Shown: positions 42,087 through 54,349 of the stretch, piece after piece
Layout of the letters: every line of letters begins with the position of its first letter
Numbering within the stretch: the first letter of the stretch is position 1
Source of the DNA: Octopus bimaculoides
Taxonomy: Eukaryota
Assembly: GCF_001194135.2 (NCBI RefSeq)
Contig: NC_068982.1
Location: 33,562,728-33,626,727, forward strand
Length of the DNA stretch: 64,000 bases
Reading direction: 5' to 3'
Program-made: the position numbers and the translations under genes
Notes under the pieces: generated by a model
Databases searched by the model: none
Told to the model about the DNA's origin: nothing
The model's input: the letters and a program-made list of their open reading frames with translations, nothing else

Positions 42087-43209
42087 TCTAGTCACCTGTA
42101 TTGTAAATCAGGTGGTTCATGAAGGAGTCACATCCAATGATTGGTGTAGCAGCACCATAGTCAAATGCTACAAAGGTAAAGGTGATACCTTAGAAATAAT
42201 TACAGAGGTATCAAATTGTTGGATCAGGTGATGAAAGTTACGGAGAGAGTCATAGCTTAACTAATTTGGGAAAGAGTTAATCTAGATGAGATGCAGTTTG
42301 ATTTTATGCCAGGTAGAAGCACCACTGATGCTATATTTCTGGTAAGGCAACTTCAGGAGAAATACCTAGCCAAAGATAAACTTCTGTGCTTGGCTTTTGA
42401 TGACTTGGAGAAAGCCTTTGACAGAGTCCCCTGATCCCTTATCTGGTAGTCAATGCGGAAACTAAGGTACAGGGATGCTACCAACAAGGTGAGGCTGGGT
42501 AACAAGTACAGCGAAGAATTCAGGGAGCAAGTAGAGATTCACCAAGGATCAGTGCACAACCCCCACTTGTTCATCATAGTCCTCCAAGCAATAACAGAGG
42601 AATTCAAGACAAGCTGCGCTTGGGAGCTCCGCTAAGCCGATGACCTTGCTCTTATAGCTGAATCACTACCTGAATTAGAGAAGAAGTTCCAGGTATGGAA
42701 GGTCTAGAATCAAAGGGCCTTAGAGTTAACCTAGCAAAAACTAAAGTCATAGTAAGCAGGAAAGTAGACAAATCACAAATCCCTTCAGTAGATGGCCCTG
42801 CTCAATCTGTAGAAAAGGTGTAGGTAGAAACTTCATAATATGCACCCAGTGTAAGCTTTGGACACATAAAAGGTAAAGCAACATCAGAGGAAGGTTAACA
42901 GGGAAAATAAATTTTGTATGTGGAAGGTGCACAGGTACAATAAACAGTGAAATGTACAGAAAACGGACTCCCTCAACTTGGCAGCCAGAGGAGCAAGCTA
43001 GACACAGTAGATACCTTCTGTTATCTAGGTGACCAAGTTAGAACTGGAGGTGGATGCTCAAAGTGTGTCGCTGTGAGAATAAGATTAGGCTGAGCGAAGT
43101 TCAGTCCTACCCCTGCTGGTAACAAAAGGCCCCTCTTTCAGAAAGAAAGGCAGATTGTTTGATGCCTATGTGCAAACAGCCATGCTACACAGCAGTGAAA
43201 CATGAACTA
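42087..43209 (+). mobile_element. RTE-clade LINE, RT region, 5' part of the copy split by the Helitron; degenerate
   Basis: Translates to NYRGIKLLDQVMKV, QFDFMPGRSTTDAIFLVRQLQEKYLAK, EKAFDRVP and ADDLALIAES, with stops and frameshifts. Confidence 0.92.
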
Positions 43210-43895
43210 CTAGCAGAGGAACCCGGTGTTGCCCGGGAATGAAATTGTTGCTTATATACTGGAAGGAAAAAAGCAAAATATGCTGTATAGAAATCTGAGA
43301 ACATTCTGTAGATGGACTCTCAGATGAATGATGATTGGGCACATCTCATGAATTGGAAAATTGAAGATGCGCCAAAAAGCCTCATTGGTACTTGGAAACT
43401 TTTACGAAAATTAAAATGGGAATTAAATGAAAAAAATGATTTACGTGAATATCCTCACAAGAGTAATTGAAATAAATGGCGATTGTGGAACCCTTCACGC
43501 ACGCACGCACGCACACACACACAGAGTANNNNNNNNNNNNNNNNNNNNNNNNNNNNNNNNNNNNNNNNNNNNNNNNNNNNNNNNNNNNNNNNNNNNNNNN
43601 NNNNNNNNNNNNNNNNNNNNNNNNNNNNNNNNNNNNNNNNNNNNNNNNNNNNNNNNNNNNNNNNNNNNNNNNNNNNNNNNNNNNNNNNNNNNNNNNNNNN
43701 NNNNNNCACACGCACACATACATCCAAAAATGAGGGATGCATATGACAACACACCCCTTGACTCACTCACACTCTGTCTCTTACAAACACACATACATAA
43801 ATGTATACAAACATATTTACAAAGACACACGTGTGTATGCGCGCGTGCACGTGTGTGCGTGAGAAAGAGAGACAGACAGACAGACAGACAGAGAC

Positions 43896-43926
<31 letters not shown>

Positions 43927-44003
43927 CAGAGCCAGTGAAGGGGTGTGTCAACAATTATACGTACATACATAAATAGTCATACATTTCTTGTACGTATGTG
44001 TGA

Positions 44004-44036
<33 letters not shown>

Positions 44037-44326
44037 TCACTGAAACATCTCTGTCTGTCTATCTGTCTGTCTCTCTCTCACACACACACGTGCAGATATA
44101 CACACAGAAAAGATGTATGCATATGTATTTATGTATGTACGTAGACATCACAACACACCCCTTCACTCACACACATACAGAAACACACATGTGCGTGTGT
44201 GAATCACTACGAATACATAGAGCTGAACACGGTGTGCCAAAATAAGAAAAATAAGAAAAAATTTATTTACGGAAATTAACAAAGTGTGCGAGTTTGGAAC
44301 GAAATCAAACCTGGAGTGTGTGAATG

Positions 44327-44365
<39 letters not shown>

Positions 44366-44773
44366 ATTGCAAAGAATGAATGAGATGAACATGGAACGCC
44401 CAAAAATCGTATAAATAAAAGCACGTTAAAAACTATCTTGTACGGAATATTTAAATTTATGAACTTCGTAAATATGTGTTTCAGTAATTGATCATAGTTG
44501 TTTACAGAAAGCGAACATTAAAAGTAGAGAGTGAGACACATCGCCATTTTTGTCATGACCGTACCGGAAGTTGACATTGAGAAACCTTTTTAAAGAAGTG
44601 AATCTTAAATATAAAGCAATATTATTTATTTTTAATTTAAAAAATCAAATGAGGAGCCTAACATTTATCCGAGGTCAAATTATTCATGCATCACAAGTAT
44701 GGAAGTAAATGGTGAAGCTGTTTTCACGTGATAAGCGATTACACACACATCTCTGTTTTATATATAGTATAGA
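43210..44773 (-). mobile_element. Non-autonomous Helitron inserted into an RTE LINE
   Basis: Minus strand starts A|TCTATACTATATATAAAAC and ends with a hairpin (plus strand CCCGG-tgttgc-CCGGG) then CTCTGCTAG|T. No target-site duplication. Removing it rejoins the RTE frame (gaaacatgaacta+tgacagcc). Confidence 0.85.
44542..44731 (-). promoter_or_regulatory. Promoter-like motif cluster inside the Helitron 5' end
   Basis: TCACGTGA at 44724-44731 (E-box), ACCGGAAGT at 44563-44571 (ETS) and CGCCATTTT at 44542-44550 (YY1). The region retains CpG. Confidence 0.4.
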
Positions 44774-45530
44774 TGACAGCCAAGAACATGTGTAGGCTTA
44801 AGAGAAATGAAACCAGTATGCTTCGCTGGATGTGCAATGTCAGTGTGCATGTTCGACAGAGTGTAAGCATCTTGAGAGAAAAGTTAGGCATCAGAGGAAT
44901 TAGATGTGGTGTGCAAGAGAGACAACTGTGCTGGTATGGTCATGTGATGTGTATGGATGAGGATAGCTGTGTAAAGAAATGCCGATCTCTACCTTTGGTA
45001 GAGGTAAACCCAGGAAGACATGGGACAAGATGGTGAAGTACGATCTTCGAACTTTGGGCCTCACAGATGCAATGACTGGTGACTGAGACCTTTGGCAATG
45101 TACTGTACTTTAGAGGACCCATCATGGCAAGTGCACCCATGCTGGTGGAACGTAAAGAACATCTTTTGAACATTGGGCCTCAGGGAGGCAAAGACCAAGA
45201 CCATTGGCATTATGTCATGCTTGGGAGGAGGACCCATCTAGCCAAGCAGAATCGCAGCCATGGTGGATACCAGTGTCATGCAAATTGGCACGCAAGCCAG
45301 TGGCACATAAACACACCCCAGTGTCATGCAAATTACACCCATGTCGGTGACATGTAAAAGCACCCACTACACTCTCAGAGTGGTTGGCATTAGGAAGGGC
45401 ATCCAGTCGTAGAAAACCATGCTAAGTCAGACTGGAGTCTGGTGCAGCCTTCCAGCACGTCAGCTGAGTCAAACCATCCAACCCATGCCAGCATGGTCAA
45501 TGGACATTAAATGATGATGATGATGATGAT
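44774..45530 (+). mobile_element. RTE LINE 3' part and tail, continuing the 42087 copy
   Basis: RLKRNETSMLRWMCNVSVHVRQSVSILREKLGIRGIRCGVQERQLCWYGHV, then the tail ggcattaggaagggcatccag…gacattaaa(tga)n. Confidence 0.9.
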
Positions 45531-47219
45531 ATATTAATGTTTGTTTTTATGTTTTTATAATAAACACCTTAATTATATGTATTATAATACTTATAATCTG
45601 ATTAGTTACTCTATACTTTTGTGGAGCACAAATCTATTATTCTTACACAAGAATGTTGTTGTCAGTGACTTCGAAGTTTCAGCCAGCTAACCCATCATTG
45701 GACTGTGATGATTTAGACTTAGTCTTGCTTTTATTTAGTATATATATATATATACATACATGCACATATATACTTATATATGTATGCATGTATGTATATA
45801 TTTGTATATATAAGTATATGTATGGGTCTTTTTGTTTTGTTTTTATATTCAGGAAAGAAAATAGGAAGTGGTGGCCTTTATGGCATTCCCTTCATTAGTG
45901 TCCATGATCAGGTCTGATCTGATGTTAGGTAACAACAACAGCAACAACATCATACTGCTATCACTATTTCTCAGCCCCTTTTGGGAGGCCATGCAAGGTA
46001 TACATATACTGCTTTGTCTAACAAGATTAATCATTGAAAAAAGAACAGAAAAAGATATTTCTTGACTCTAGGATCGTGATTTCCAGTAACAATTTTAACT
46101 GCCAAATACTGCGGAAGCATCAACCTTGAAACTTGTTCAAGATCAGATTTGATAGAATATAGGACAGATATTGTATATTGATTAAGAAGTTAATTTAGTT
46201 TGGGAATATTGATAAAAGAGATGAGGATGAGCATACTAACTCATAATACAACCGAACTACTACAGGGATATATTACAAAATAAAATCAAATGCTATCACT
46301 CCAAACACATACAGGAAGAATGCATGGGTCTAAATCTGCCATATCTTTTACCTTTACATTTTTCAGTTATTACACTGAGGCCATGCTGGGGCACCATCTT
46401 GGAGAATTTTTATGGGAATAAATCAACCGCAGTACTAATTAGATTTTTTAAGCCTGGTATTTATTCCAGCAGTTTAAACTGCTAAGTAATGGGGATGTAA
46501 ACACACAAACACCACTTGTCAAGTGGTGATGGGGTACAAGCACAGTCACACACACACACACACATACGACAAGCTACTTTCAGTTTCTATCTCCCAAATT
46601 CACTCACAAGGTTTTGGTTGTCCTGAAGTTACAAAACTTGCCCAAGGTGCCACACAGTTGGACTAAACCCAAAACTATATGGCTGGGAAGCAACCTTCTT
46701 ACTACACAGTCAAGCCTGTGCCATAAATGACAAGTTTCCATATGTATATGAATATATGTGTGCGTCTCTGTAAATGCCTGGACAAATGTAAACATGTAAG
46801 CATACATAGCTATGCAAGCTTACATATGCATACATCTATATGCAAAGATACATCAATGCTTACATGTATATGCATGCATAAACATGCAGTCCAGTTGAAT
46901 TAGGCAAAACTTAAAAATGATAATTTCTGATAAATTTGATACTACTATCAGTATTCAACAGTAAATCTTTTATAATTCTGAAAATTGTTTTAAAATAATA
47001 AACTTAGATTAACAAGTTTTACCCATATCTCTATGCACAGACGAACACAAATCTATACACACAAACACACACGAACATATATACACTACACTAGCACATA
47101 TATACATATGTATGTATATATACATATGTATGTATGTATGTATATATATATATATNNNNNNNNNNTATATATACACACACATACATACATACATACATAC
47201 ATACACACACACATACATA

Positions 47220-47781
47220 CGACGTCTGATCAAAAAGTATTGGGACTGGCGCTATAAAAAGAAAACTGCAACACATGAGTTCAGTATTTAATCTCCTTCA
47301 AAGTAACCCCACTTCTGAAACCACACACTTTATCCATTCATTGATGAAAGAATTCTTGGAACTCCTTTTTTGGGAACGCAAGCAGCTGTCCTGTCTCATT
47401 CTCTTGGCTCTCCTCAACATCTCAAAATCTCGATGGGACCTTCCACTGCAAAAACTGAGGCTTGGTTTCAGGGTCATAGTCCTAGATCCATAATTCGTCA
47501 TCTGTTAAGACATTATCATTTCCAAAATATTTTTGTCATCCTTAACACAACCAAAGAGATCCTGTGCAGCTGAAACCCAATCTTCTTTTTCAGATGACCA
47601 CACTTAACACACTTTACATCTAAGCACTGCTAACATACAACAGATGTGAGCAACAATGTTATAGCATAGTGTGCATGCGCAACAGAGTTCAAAGTTAATC
47701 TGTGCCAAGTGGCAGCTTCATTCTGCATACTTTAGCTTTACTACCAAAGTAAAAGTTCCAATACGTTTTGATCAGACCCCA
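47220..47781 (-). mobile_element. Internally deleted mariner element
   Basis: Terminal inverted repeats cgacgtctgatcaaaaagtattgggact and agttccaatacgttttgatcagacccc. Minus-strand ggggttactttgaaggagattaa gives a GYFEGD* transposase end. Confidence 0.75.
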
Positions 47782-48081
47782 TGTATGCATGTAGACTTTT
47801 ATAAAAGCTGAATTATCTCAAAAACTGCTACTCAGTTTCAAATTCCTGTTCGTCAGACAAAATTCCGAGATGCAGCACGGAATTTTGTCAGTGAACAGGT
47901 CGCGGTCTCAAAGCAACGAAAATATTTTGGCAAATAAAAATTTAAATGTTGAAGTGAATCTAACGGTTTTTGTGTGTTTCTTAAATCGCTTATAAACACC
48001 TTCCACGCTGCAATTGTTTTCGTTCCAGCACACGATCTCAGATCGTGTCGCTTGCTATGCAAGTACATCTCCGTAATATAT

Positions 48082-48127
<46 letters not shown>

Positions 48128-49782
48128 GATGTTGGGGGGGGGGCCCAAAAACGTAGCAAATATTTAGCCATATGTGGACATGATCCAAAAAGTTGTTCTT
48201 GTATTTAGACATGTAGAGGGGTCTAAGCTGCTTTTCCAGATGGAAAGATGGCTCATGTACGGTGGCATATATGTGCATATATAGGCATATGTGTCGGTAT
48301 GCATGTATGTGTTTCACGTGAGTGTGAGTGAACTTATGCATATAGGCACATGTACGTGGGTGTGCGCATGTGTATGAATGTACATGTGCACATATGCAAT
48401 TTTTATGAGCAGTTTTACTTTTTTACTTTCTCCCCTTCAGTTTTTTCCTCTTATTTAACGGTCATTCTAATAGCTCTTTTGTCTTAATAATGGTCAATTA
48501 CATAATAATTTCCCTTTGTTTAATGGTCATTTTCATAGCATTTTTTTGATTGCCTTGATAACTGATGAGATGCCGGAGCAGATTTCTGCCCCAGCATCCA
48601 AAACTCAGAGTGTTATAATGGCAACCGAATAATTGTCACATATATTACAGATAAACTCCTCTATTTACATAATATCGAGTCTCATTCATTCTTTTGTTGT
48701 CATACCATTACTACTAATATATATATATATACATAATAGTATATAAATATATGCATATATCCATACATACATGTACATACCTACATCTATATGTATACAT
48801 ACATGCATATATGGGTACAGGACATCACGAAAAACGTTAAACACAATGAGAAATGAAAACATAAAGACGAAGACAGAAAACAAACTTTTTTCGAAAAACA
48901 AAAAAAAAACAAACAGAGAAATGAGACATGCAGCATAAAGAATATTTCCCTTCTTCAGTTGTCCCTGTTCCATCTACTCCGTGTTTCGAAGGCATACATA
49001 TATATACTGGTACTATATATATATATATATGCATGTATATGTAAATTCCTGCAAATAATCAAATACTAATGTAGACAATAATTCCTTCCAATTTTCACAG
49101 AAGGCCAGCAATTTTGAGGAAAGCAGGGAAGTCAATTACATCATTCACAATGCTCAGCTGGTACTTATTTTCTCAAGCCCAAAAAAGACAGAAGACAAAG
49201 TCAACCTCAGGAGCATTTTAACTCAGAACATAAAGAGCCAGAAAAAATGCCATTAAGCATTTTGTCCGGCACAACAAAAATCCAGCCAGCTCACCACCTT
49301 ACTAATATGGATTGTGTCTATTTAAATCTTGTAAATAACTGTCATTACATCAAATGAAAACACGTTAACTGGCACTTGTGCCAGCCACACATAACAAGCA
49401 CTTTTCAAGTGTTGAGCCTCACAGAGGCAATGACAAATGACCAAGACCTTTGCATTATTCCATGCTTGAGAAGAAGACCCATCAAACCAAGTAAAATTGC
49501 AGTCATGGCAGATATTGGTGTCATGCAAATGGCACCCATGCCGGTGGCATGTAAAAGCACCCATTACAACTCGTTCCCCAATACCTAATTGGTATCCATT
49601 TTAGTGACCCCCAGAAGAATAGAAGTGAAGTCAAATCCAACAAGATTTCAACTCAGAACATAAAGAGTTACAACTAGAAGTTACAGCAAACTGCCTAACA
49701 ATCTATCAATTCTGTTGAGCCAATTATGAAACATAATTCCAGAATAAATATATTTAATTAATTAAAAGAAATATTGACTTAC

Positions 49783-49966
49783 GATATTAATAGATCAGCA
49801 ATGTGATTGTGCCCTTGACTAAGGGCAACATCCCTTGGAGTCTGTTCCTTTGAATCGGTAATATGTATAACGTCAGTACCTACTTCTGTGAGGACTAGAG
49901 TTATCACTTGTGGTAGACCATGGTGAGCAGCAAAAAATAGGAGATTAGCACAAGCTGCAGGTTTTC
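49783..49966 (-). CDS. Internal coding exon encoding an ankyrin-type repeat; AKAP13/ARHGEF28-like or BCAP/BANK1-like N-terminal region
   Basis: Minus strand reads tttataatttcag|GAAAAC...TTAATATC|gtaagt. 184 nt, phase 1 in and phase 2 out, open: KPAACANLLFFAAHHGLPQVITLVLTEVGTDVIHITDSKEQTPRDVALSQGHNHIADLLI. Matches the ankyrin pattern LLxxAAxxG...TPxxxA...GH..IADLL. Family assignment is from memory. Confidence 0.85.
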
Positions 49967-50244
49967 CTGAAATTATAAAGAATAAATAAAGTCATTAAAT
50001 ATGAGAATAAATGTATAAAAATGAAAGAAAACTCTGGAAGGAAAAAATACACAAATGAAATCAGTTGAGATAGATTTTTCTTAAACTCTTTAATATTTAA
50101 ACTGGCCATATCCAGCTGAAATATTTTATCTGTTTCATGTACATAGTGGCCAGATCTGGCCTATCACACCTACCCTACAATACTAAAAATAAACGTATCA
50201 TCAAAATCTTGAAGCTATGAGATAGTGCATGATAAATTTGATGG

Positions 50245-50615
50245 TGGTAGGCATCAATCGGTCTCAAGAGGTCATAGATCCGCACCCCAAAAAATCATGT
50301 CAGCTGCTGATGGTAGTGCAGCATCTGCTGTGGCTGTAGAAGCACACACAGGTGTGGCAGTCATGCATACAGTGACTGCATTTGAAGGAGCTCTCTGCCA
50401 GTGCTACTGGCTTTTCTTTCTGTCGAGTGCACTTTTCTTTTTTTTCTTCCCTTCGCTTCATCCCCTTTCGCAGTATGAACGATCAATTGCGACTTACTCC
50501 CATCTCAGGATGTCCAGATCAAGCAACTTCATATCTCTCTTGCAGATGTTCTTGAATCAAAGATGTGGTCATCCTTGCGCTCTTGCACCAGTGACCAATT
50601 CTCCATATCTTAAGT
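50245..50615 (-). mobile_element. 3' end of a second RTE family (BovB-like), degenerate
   Basis: Minus strand LRYGELVTGARAQG*PHL*FKNICKRDMKLLDLD…WE*VAIDRS resembles the BovB-like C-terminus. The 3' UTR ends gatgcctaccacc. Confidence 0.7.
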
Positions 50616-51650
50616 GTAGAGTTTTTGCAACAAAGAGGTGAGGCTGTGTTGTTAAGAAGTTTGCTTCCCAAACACATGGTTTGAGGATCAATCCCATTGT
50701 GTGGCATCTTTAGTAATTTGTCTCCTACTGCAACCAAAGATAATCAAAGGTTTGTAATTGGATTTAGTAGATGGAAACTAAAAGAAGCCTGCTGTGTGTG
50801 TGTGTAAATGTGTTGTGTATAAGTGTGTGTACGTTTGTGTCTCCTTGATTTAACAGCACTAGATAGTTGTAAATGAGTGTCACGATCATACAAGTAGTAT
50901 CATTCATTTCTAATACTCTGCAAAAAAAAAAAATAGAAAAAAATGACAGCGAGCTGACAGAATCTTCAGCATGCTGGACAAAATGCTTAGCATTATTTCA
51001 TCCATCTTTATGTTCTGTGTTCAAATTCCAGTGAAGTCAACTTTGCCTTTCATTCTCTCAGGGGTCAATAAAATAAGTATCTGTTGAGAACTGGGGTCAA
51101 TGTAATCCCTGAAATTGCTGGCCATGTGCCAAAATTTGAAACCAATATCTGCAAAAACATGTCTTGCCATAGAGGAATATTACCTTGCTTGGAACAGGAG
51201 AGGGTTGGTGACAGGAAGGGCATCCAGCTACAGAAAATCTGCCTCAACAAATTCTGTCTGACCCATGCCAGGATCTTGCTGGAAATAACAGCCAAATTGA
51301 CCTCAGATCACAATTCCCCAGCTTAAGAAAGAGACAAGTTGGATTATATGGTCCTAATTATATTGTATATAGGAAGAGAGGATGATGACCATGGCAGGGA
51401 TTCCTTTGATCATGGGTCTGTTTGATCAGTACTGACCTGGAGATAAACAACAACCCTTTCACAATTAAAAATAGGTCAAACTACCAAATGTTACTCAAAG
51501 AACAAGATCTGAGAGTGAACAGAATATTTTTATCAAATTCTTTTTAAATTGTTTATATTTATTTTAATTTACATATGTTTTATGTTTGATTCAAAGAATA
51601 CATTAGTGCTATTGTTGTAATAGTTCCAATAGCAGATAAAGGTAACAGTT

Positions 51651-51750
<100 letters not shown>

Positions 51751-51975
51751 TAAATTCAAGGTGCCACATAAAAAGCATTGGTGTGGGATTTGGTACCACG
51801 TAAAAAGCACTGGTGCTGATGTCATGCAAAAAAGCACTCAGTACACTTGGTGAAGTGGTTGGTGTTAGGAATGACATCTAATCATAGAAACCAAGCCAAA
51901 ATATAACCTGGTATGGCTGCTGGCTTTTCCAGATCAATCCATTCAACCCGTGCCAGCATGAAAAATGGATATTAA

Positions 51976-52012
<37 letters not shown>

Positions 52013-52636
52013 CGACGATGAGAGTGTGTGTGTGTGTGTGTTTGTCCCCCCACCACCACTAGTTGACAACCAGTATTTGTGTGTCCCTGTAACGTTCAGC
52101 AAAAGTGACTAATTAAAAAAATGGGAAAAAAAAAGTACTGGGGTCGAGTCATTGAACTAAAACTCTTCATTGCAGTGCTCCAGCATGGCCACAGTTTGAT
52201 GACTGAAATATGTAAAAAGACAAAAGACGTTCTATGTATAGAACTAAGAGCAAATGACACCATGTGAAGGTAAATTTTATTTACAAAGATTGTGCAGCAT
52301 GTCAAGATATGTCAGGAAATGCTTTCACAATGGACTGCAAGCAAATGATGGACTTCTTTCAGTTGCCATCTACCTAATTCATTCATAGGGCATATGGTTG
52401 GCCCAGGGTTATAATAGAAGACACTTGCACACGGTGCCATGCAGTGGGGGACTGAACTTCGAACCATGTGGTTGGGAAGTGAACTTCTTAAGCATACAGC
52501 CATGTCTGTGCCAATCAAATTATAAAGAATGGTTTGATTTAAATGTGTAGACTTTTAAGCAGCAAGGTTCTGTTTCTTGAAATGTGGGATGACTTTGAGT
52601 GGGTTGGTAGAGAAAAGAGTCTTATCACTGTTTTAC

Positions 52637-52669
52637 AGAAAGAAAGAAAGAAAGAAAGAGCGGAAGGAA

Positions 52670-52763
<94 letters not shown>

Positions 52764-53060
52764 GTGGAAGGAAGAAAGAAAGAAAGAAAGAAAGAAAGAG
52801 TGAAAGGAAGGAAGAAAGAAAAAAGAAAGAAAAGACGGAAGGGAAAGAAGAGAGCGAAAGAAGAAGAAGAAGAAGAAGAAGAAGAAGAAGAAGAAGAAAA
52901 AGAAGAAGAAGAAAAAGAAGAAAAAGAAGAAAAAGAAGAAGAAATTGAGATAAAAAGAAAGAAAATTAATGAGGAGGAAGAGAAAGAAAAATAAGGAGGC
53001 AAAAAGATATAAAGAAAGAAAAAAGAAAGAAAGAATAGAAGAAAAAGACAAAATAAAAAA
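52637..53060 (+). repeat. Long polypurine (AAAG)n/(AAG)n tract
   Basis: Direct reading. It is the source of the spurious K/E/R and S/F ORFs. Confidence 0.95.
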
Positions 53061-53600
53061 AAGATTGCAAAAAGAAGGAAAAGTTTGATTTCATTAATGC
53101 TAATTTACTATTATTAAAAAACTTTGGTTATTTCTGATGTAATCTTGTAATTGTTTATTGAAGGTGGCGATGGGTTAAAGATTTCTACGTATGTATGGAT
53201 AGAAGTGAAACAATTCTATGTTTATGAAAATTTGAAGAAAAACTAAGAATTATGTACATTTAGAAATGTTATTTAAAATGTATAATACATTATAATATCT
53301 ATCTATATAAAATGATTGCCGTCTTCAATATTTAAAGGCTATTTTTTCACAAATAAGGCAGAAAAATATTAGATGAATAATGTAACTTACATGATAACAG
53401 GCATGGAAACTTAAAAAAAAAAAGTTCCTTCTCAACTATTACTCACTAGAAACTAACCTCTCTCAACCTCTTCCTCTCACATTCTCTCTTTCCCCCCCCC
53501 TCTCTCTCTCTCTTATTTATATATCGCTTACTCTCTCTTGCCTTTCTCACTCACTATGAAAGCATTTCTTTGAAATTGCAATAATGTTTTTAGCATGTAG

Positions 53601-53614
53601 GTTACCATGGCAAC
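53601..53614. promoter_or_regulatory. RFX X-box motif with a nearby ETS core
   Basis: GTTACCATGGCAAC matches GTTRCCATGGYAAC exactly. CGGAAGT lies at 53652-53658. Confidence 0.45.
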
Positions 53615-53657
53615 TGAGGCCCAAACCCACACACAAAGTTGACTAAGCAGTCGGAAG

Positions 53658-53688
<31 letters not shown>

Positions 53689-54349
53689 TCACACTATATG
53701 TATATATGTGTGTAGTCCAATGAAATGACATAACTTCAGTGAATGGTGGTGCTATAGTACTAACTCTTCTCAGGGAACACCAACCACTTCTACCACCACT
53801 AACACAACCACCACTACCAACAACAACAACAACTACCACATATAACAAACAGCAGCCAGCCTAACCTAGCACCTGCTCAACTCATCCTAACACCAGAGGA
53901 AACAGTAAAAAGATTTTCACGGCAAAACACATCACAGAACTCATACAAGAAAATGATAGCAAAAAAAATTAACTAATAAGATAATAAGCAAAATAGAATA
54001 TGTCTTTTTTTTTTTCCTCATTTTCTCTAAAGTCCAGTTCATAATAAATTTAGTCTGGTGATGGAACAACACTGAAAAAGTTTAACTTTTAAGAATGTAC
54101 TTACTATCAAAAGCTACAACCGAAACAGCACATGAAAACGTAGAGGCATGGGGAAAGTGCTTTGCAACCACGTGGTTTCAGGTTCAGTCCCATTGCATGG
54201 CATCTTAACTAGGGCAGGTGTCTTCTACTATAGCTCAGGATTGATCATTGCCTTGTGAGTAAACTTGATAGATAAAAGCTGCTTGGAAGCCCATGCATGT
54301 GCGCGCGTGCGTGCGTGCGTGCGTGTGCGTGTGTGTGAGTGTGTGTTCA

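Noticed and set aside
46040-46190. Protein-like minus-strand frame SIKSDLEQVSRLMLPQYLAVKIVTGNHDPRVKK
   Set aside because: No acceptor or donor, bounded by stops, and no recognisable family.
50225-50641. 138-aa plus-strand ORF
   Set aside because: Antisense to a BovB-like RTE remnant.
52539-53051. K/E/R-rich and S/F-rich ORFs, and all YI, CV, HT, LS and poly-I ORFs
   Set aside because: Translations of microsatellites or of N gaps.
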